Origin: Nocardioides sp.
Lineage (GTDB): Bacteria > Actinomycetota > Actinomycetes > Propionibacteriales > Nocardioidaceae
Direction: 5' to 3'
NCBI GenBank assembly: GCA_036265495.1
Contig: DATAOY010000087.1
Span: forward strand, 3,427 to 67,426
Length of the DNA stretch: 64,000 nucleotides
Below are positions 59,199 through 64,000 of the stretch, piece by piece; within the stretch, counting starts at the first letter, position 1, and each line of letters begins with the position of its first letter. The notes under the pieces are model-generated. The model saw nothing but the letters and a program-made list of their open reading frames with translations, did not search any database and was not told the DNA's origin. Made by a program: the position numbers and the translations under genes.

Positions 59199-59909
59199 TC
59201 ATCCCGCGGGCGTACGTCGCGGCGTGGCCGCCACCGCGACCGCCGCCAGCGGCGCCAGCCCCACCGACCGCAATGCCCGCTGCGCCTCCGCGGCCGTCGC
59301 GCCGGTGGTGAGCACGTCGTCGCAGACCAGGACGTGGACGGCAGGCCCGGCCCGCGCGAGTCTCCTGACCACGGGCGCGTGGACGCGGAAGGCGCCGGCC
59401 AGGTTGACCGCCCGGGCGGCCGCATCCAGCCCGGACTGGTCGGCCAGGCCCGAGCGCGTCCGCAGCAGAGGTGCCCACAGCGTCCGACGCCCGAGTGCGG
59501 TCAGGTGTGCGGCCGCGACGCGCACCATGCTGGTCGTCGGCTGGTGCCCGCGCTGCCGGATCGTGCTGGGTCGCGACGGGACCGGCACCAGGAGCAGCGG
59601 CGTCGGATCGTCCACCACGGGGAGCAGGTCGGTGAGGGCCGCCTCGGCCGCGCCGGCGAGCAGCTCGCCGAGCGGCCGGGCCAGGGCGAGCAGCCGGTGC
59701 TCCTTGTGACCGAGGATCATCGCCCGGACGGTGCCGTCGTACGAGGTGGCGGCCCAGGGCTCGGTCAGCCCGGGCGGGCGGGGCGTGGGCCACCGGGGGG
59801 CCGGACGGGGATCGAGCGCGCCGGCGCACGCCGCACACAGGAGACGTCCGGGACGGGCGCATCCGACACAGCTGCTGCCCAGAACCAGGTCGCGGAAGGC
59901 ATCGAGCAC
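59199..59909 (-). CDS. ComF-family phosphoribosyltransferase-like protein
   Basis: CVGC..CAAC, VPVPS, QSGL and CDDVLTTGAT motifs. Confidence 0.92.
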   Translation of the reverse strand: MLDAFRDLVLGSSCVGCARPGRLLCAACAGALDPRPAPRWPTPRPPGLTEPWAATSYDGTVRAMILGHKEHRLLALARPLGELLAGAAEAALTDLLPVVDDPTPLLLVPVPSRPSTIRQRGHQPTTSMVRVAAAHLTALGRRTLWAPLLRTRSGLADQSGLDAAARAVNLAGAFRVHAPVVRRLARAGPAVHVLVCDDVLTTGATAAEAQRALRSVGLAPLAAVAVAATPRRTPAG

Positions 59910-59972
59910 GCGCCGAGCCGACCACCCCGCGCGGCCGCGGACAAGCCCGCGTCGCGAGAGCTGTGGATCAGG

Positions 59973-61712
59973 TCACCCGGCGTAGGTGATGTGGTGGTCC
60001 TGGGTCGGGATCTGACGGTTGGGCACGATCTGGGACTCGCCCTGCGAGATGGCCTGGAGCCCGGTCGGCAGGACGGCGAACGGCGTCTGGTCCGGCGAGC
60101 CCACCAGCGCTCGCACGCGTCCGCTGATCAGCGTCGGCGAGGCCTGGTCGGCCCTGGTGGAGCCGTCCACGTTGAGGATGCGGATCTCCGCCTGCGACGG
60201 CGACAGCTGGTCGAGCACCGCGATCGTGGTGGGGGAGGTCCAGCCGATGTCGCGGATGCGCCTCGTGCCGGGTGACTCCCACCGGATCGGTCGGGCCCGG
60301 GTGGCGCCGATCGCGCGGCCGAGCGCGTCGTACCGGATGCGGCTGGCCACGATGTGATCGCCCTCGGCCCGCCGCAGCACGGCGATGATGCGTGACCCGT
60401 CGCGCGAGACGATGAACCGCCGCACTCTCTCGCCGGTGATCGCGGGTACTCGAAGCGTGTGCAGACGTCCCTTCGCGACGTAGAGGACGGCGGCACCCTG
60501 GGGGCCGTTGCGGATCTCCCACAACCGGTGCGCGAAGTCCCACGACGGTCGCAGCAGACCGGGACCTTCGATGACGGGCGTGGGCCGGCCCGAGTCAAGC
60601 ACCGGTCCCACGAGCAGCGCCGACGGCGTCACCCCGGCGAGCTGGCTGTTGTCCAGGCTGACCGCGAACGGCCCGATCCCGGTCCGCTGCTCACCGAACG
60701 GACCGTTCACACTCGTCAGGCGGGTGACCGGCCCCGACACCAGCCGCCCGCGCCGCAGGGCATAGATCTGCGAGCTGGCGCGCGCCGCGGCCGGGTCGTA
60801 GTCGTTGAAGGCGCTGCCGCGGACCGGGAACCTCGACGCACCGGTGCTGTCGGTGATGGTGCGCCCGGCGATGGTCAGGGTGAACGTCGAGACGGAGGGG
60901 TCCTGCCGGAGCGTCCATGCGAGCTGGGTCAGCAGCAGCCGCGTGGTCGTGGGGCTGAGCAGCCCGGGATCCGGGCCGCTCAGGATCACCCCGGCGTTGC
61001 CGTTCCGGACGACGAGTGGGTCCACGTCCAGGTCCGGTGGCACGAACGTGCGCACCACACCGCCGAGCGAGGGCCGCGGGCCGAGCAGCAGAGCATGCAC
61101 CAGCGCGGTGATGAGCTGCTGCCCCTGCGGCATGTGCACCACCTCGGGGACGAGGATCCTGCCGGTCGGGTCGAAGAAGTAGAGGGAGGCGTCCTGGAAC
61201 GCCTGCTCGTAGAACGTCCGGGGCACGAGCAGGGCGTTCGGAGCCGAGGCGATGCGCCACTCGCCGTTCTCCTTGCGCATCGGGAAGGTCAGCCGCGAGG
61301 CGGCGCCGCCGACGGGTCCCAGCCACTGACCTGCCGGGCCGATCCGGTCGGCACCCCGCAGCCGGGTCCGCACCGTGGCCACGCCGTGCGGAGGCCTGAG
61401 CCCGGTGTAGGCGACGACGCCGCGCTCGGGCTCCCAGACGGACTGGCCCGCGCTGGTGAGGTACTTCCGGGCGACCCGGGTCTGCAGGGGCGTCGCGGTC
61501 ATCGCATCGAGGAAGCCGGTGACGATGTCGGCCGCGCTCGCACCGGGCGTGGGTGGCGGCGGGTTGTTGTAGGGGTTGTCGATCAGGGCGGTCTGGTCCG
61601 GCTCCTTGGCCTCGACGACCGGGCCCCCGTCGGGGACCCGGGCGCAGGCCGCCAGGCAGGCGCCGGCGGCCAGGACCGCGACGGCGGCCGCCCACGACGT
61701 ACGTCGGCTCAC
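59973..61712 (-). CDS. lpqB: Lipoprotein LpqB (GerMN plus beta-propeller)
   Basis: Lipobox LAAC, IVTGFLDA, GEWRI, LYFFD and SRDGSR motifs. Overlaps the mtrB stop. Confidence 0.9.
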   Translation of the reverse strand: MSRRTSWAAAVAVLAAGACLAACARVPDGGPVVEAKEPDQTALIDNPYNNPPPPTPGASAADIVTGFLDAMTATPLQTRVARKYLTSAGQSVWEPERGVVAYTGLRPPHGVATVRTRLRGADRIGPAGQWLGPVGGAASRLTFPMRKENGEWRIASAPNALLVPRTFYEQAFQDASLYFFDPTGRILVPEVVHMPQGQQLITALVHALLLGPRPSLGGVVRTFVPPDLDVDPLVVRNGNAGVILSGPDPGLLSPTTTRLLLTQLAWTLRQDPSVSTFTLTIAGRTITDSTGASRFPVRGSAFNDYDPAAARASSQIYALRRGRLVSGPVTRLTSVNGPFGEQRTGIGPFAVSLDNSQLAGVTPSALLVGPVLDSGRPTPVIEGPGLLRPSWDFAHRLWEIRNGPQGAAVLYVAKGRLHTLRVPAITGERVRRFIVSRDGSRIIAVLRRAEGDHIVASRIRYDALGRAIGATRARPIRWESPGTRRIRDIGWTSPTTIAVLDQLSPSQAEIRILNVDGSTRADQASPTLISGRVRALVGSPDQTPFAVLPTGLQAISQGESQIVPNRQIPTQDHHITYAG

Positions 61713-63325
61713 GCCACCACCTCGGCGGCGTCCTCGGGCACGAGCGCGAGCGGACTGTGACGGAGCGGGTGTCCCGCGTGGCGGGGCAGGGTGAGACGGA
61801 ACTGGGCACCCTCGTTCGGCTTCCCCCACGCCTGCAGCCAGCCGCCGTGCAGGTGGGTGTCCTCGAGAGAGATCGCCAGGCCGAGACCGGTGCCTCCGCT
61901 GGTGCGCGCTCGCGCCGGGTCGGCGCGCCAGAACCGGTTGAACACCATGGCGGACTCGCCCACCCCGAGCCCGACACCGTGGTCGCGCACCGCGATCGCG
62001 GCGGCCTGGTCGTCGGCCGCCACGGTGACCACGACCTCCTTGCTCTCGGCATGGTCGATGGCGTTGGTGACCAGGTTGCGCACGATCCGCTCGAGTCGGC
62101 GTACATCGGCCTGGGCGACGCACGGCGACTCGGGCGCCCGTACCACCACATCGGTGCTGCGCTGCTCGGCCAGGGCCCGGGTGCTGTCGACCACACGACG
62201 TACGACGTCGGTGAGGTTCACGTCGTCGAGGTCGAGCGCAGCCGCGCCGGCGTCGAACCGACTGATCTCGAGCAGGTCGACCAGCAGCGTCTCGAACCGG
62301 TCCAGCTCGGTCTGGAGAAGCTCGGCGGCCCGGCGGGTCGGCGGGTCGAAGCCGGCACGCGCCTCGTGGAGCACCGAACCGGCCAGCCGGACGGTGGTCA
62401 GCGGCGTCCGGAGCTCGTGCGAGACGTCGGACACGAAGCGGCGCTGGACCCGGCTCAGCTCCTCGAGCTGACGGATCTGGCGCTGCAGGTTGGTCGCCAT
62501 CTGGTTGAACGAGGTGGCCAGACGGGCCAGGTCGTCCTCACCCGCGACCCGGAGTCGTTCCTGGAGCTGACCCGCGGCCAGGCGCTCGGCTACCCGGCGC
62601 GCCAGCCGGATCGGGGTGACGATCTGCCGGGTGAGCAGCCAGGTCAACGCGGCGATCAGCAGGAGCAGCAGCGCGCCCGCGGTCAGCAGCGCGCGCTCGA
62701 CGAGTGCCAGCGTCTGCTGGACGTCGTCCAGGGGGAACAGGTAGTAGACGGTGCGCGTCGACCCGTCGGCCGGGATGGTGACCGTCGAGCCCACGACGAT
62801 GCCCGGGGTGGAGCTGGTCACCTCGCCGCGGCTGTGGAACTGGATCGTGGTGTAGGTCCAGGCGATCTTGGGTGACGTGGACGCGTCGAAATGGTCGACC
62901 AGCGACTGCGGCACGCTGGCGAGGTCGAGCTGGGGTGTGAACTTGGTGCCGCGCTCGGCCAGGGAGGTGTTCGGCGCGCCCGGCCCGGCCATGACCACGC
63001 TGAAGCCGCGCGCCTCCCCGCTGGAGAAGATCGAGTTGACCACGGTGTTGGCCTGGGCGTTGGCGTCGGTATCGGTGCCGGGCACGGCCGCGAGACGCTC
63101 CTGAGCCGCCTGGTTCTCGGTGCCGGCCTCGCGCACGACGGTGTCGACCCGGTGCTCGAGCAGGCCCTGCTGGACCTGTCGGAGGAGGAACCAGCCGACG
63201 GCGAGGACGACGACGGTGGAGAGGAGCACGGTGCTGACCACGACGCGCGCCTGGATCGAACGCCGCCAGAAGGTCAGGCCCCGGCGGAGCGTCTCGGTGA
63301 CGCTGCGTCCAGCCAGCTCGGCCAC
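61709..63325 (-). CDS. mtrB: Sensor histidine kinase MtrB
   Basis: 2 TMs, HAMP domain, FVSDVSHELRTPL and RFWRADPARAR..GGTGLGL. Confidence 0.95.
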   Translation of the reverse strand: MAELAGRSVTETLRRGLTFWRRSIQARVVVSTVLLSTVVVLAVGWFLLRQVQQGLLEHRVDTVVREAGTENQAAQERLAAVPGTDTDANAQANTVVNSIFSSGEARGFSVVMAGPGAPNTSLAERGTKFTPQLDLASVPQSLVDHFDASTSPKIAWTYTTIQFHSRGEVTSSTPGIVVGSTVTIPADGSTRTVYYLFPLDDVQQTLALVERALLTAGALLLLLIAALTWLLTRQIVTPIRLARRVAERLAAGQLQERLRVAGEDDLARLATSFNQMATNLQRQIRQLEELSRVQRRFVSDVSHELRTPLTTVRLAGSVLHEARAGFDPPTRRAAELLQTELDRFETLLVDLLEISRFDAGAAALDLDDVNLTDVVRRVVDSTRALAEQRSTDVVVRAPESPCVAQADVRRLERIVRNLVTNAIDHAESKEVVVTVAADDQAAAIAVRDHGVGLGVGESAMVFNRFWRADPARARTSGGTGLGLAISLEDTHLHGGWLQAWGKPNEGAQFRLTLPRHAGHPLRHSPLALVPEDAAEVVA

Positions 63326-63355
63326 CGGTCAGCTCGCGATCATGACGGGCTCATC

Positions 63356-64000
63356 TCACTGCTGCCCGCTGGTCCCGGCCTTGTAGCCGACACCGCGGAC
63401 GGTGAGGACGATCTCGGGGTTCTCCGGGTCGGTCTCGACCTTGGAGCGCAGCCGCTGGACGTGGACATTGACCAGCCGCGTGTCGGCGGCGTGGCGGTAG
63501 CCCCAGACCTGCTCGAGCAGCACCTCGCGGGTGAAGACCTGCCAGGGCTTGCGCGCCAGGCAGACCAGCAGGTCGAACTCCAGTGGGGTGAGGCTGACCG
63601 GCTGCCCGTCGCGGGTCACGGAGTGGCCGGCGACGTCGATGGTCAGCGGGCCGATGGTGAGGGTGTCCGCGCCGGGCGCGTCGTTGCGACGTACCCGGGC
63701 ACGAATGCGCGCCACGAGCTCCTTCGGCTTGAACGGCTTCACGACGTAGTCGTCGGCGCCGGACTCCAGCCCGACGACGACGTCCACGGTGTCACCCTTG
63801 GCGGTGAGCATGACGATCGGCACTCCGGACTCGGCCCGGATCTCCTTGCACACGTCGATGCCGCCCTTGCCGGGCAACATCAGGTCGAGCAGGACGACGT
63901 CGGGCTTGTAGGCGTGGAACGCCTCCAGCGCCTCGTCGCCCCGCTCCACGAGGTGGGCGTCGAAGCCCTCCTGGCGCAGCACGATCGACAACATCTCGGA
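63356..64000 (-). CDS. mtrA: Response regulator MtrA (5' end outside window)
   Basis: LDLMLPG, KPFKPKELVAR, VWGYRHAADTRLVNVHVQRLR and TVRGVGY motifs. Confidence 0.95.
   Translation of the reverse strand, partial: SEMLSIVLRQEGFDAHLVERGDEALEAFHAYKPDVVLLDLMLPGKGGIDVCKEIRAESGVPIVMLTAKGDTVDVVVGLESGADDYVVKPFKPKELVARIRARVRRNDAPGADTLTIGPLTIDVAGHSVTRDGQPVSLTPLEFDLLVCLARKPWQVFTREVLLEQVWGYRHAADTRLVNVHVQRLRSKVETDPENPEIVLTVRGVGYKAGTSGQQ

Overview
This is a high-GC actinobacterial chromosome segment, Nocardioides-like by inference from gene content and order. It is densely coding, with about 62 real CDSs; most other ORFs in the track are GC-driven shadow frames. Conserved backbone blocks: moeZ-TetR-DUF3107-ferritin-like-DEAD helicase-ParA-like-phosphatase; MgtE-N/CBS-DUF1003-mrp-tatB; LysM-Rv3235-secA; hpf-ComF-lpqB-mtrB-mtrA. 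A ~300-nt raiA-motif ncRNA lies between ComF and hpf. Accessory content includes an NCS2 permease divergent from a DUF2877/FdrA/DUF1116 operon, a MoxR-DUF58 operon, a polytopic membrane protein with a split alpha/beta-hydrolase, and a multicopper oxidase with an extra cupredoxin domain. The most unusual block is a ~13.7 kb cell-envelope locus (31.5-45.3 kb). It combines sulfotransferase-like proteins, GT-C and GtrB-like glycosyltransferases, a LicD-methyltransferase fusion, a secreted PLD, two paralogous EEP phosphoesterases and a pseudo-cutinase-Ig-RCC1-EEP fusion. No rRNA, tRNA, CRISPR array or mobile element was seen. All family calls come from motif recognition by eye, not database searches, and many start codons were re-chosen from -10/RBS context.
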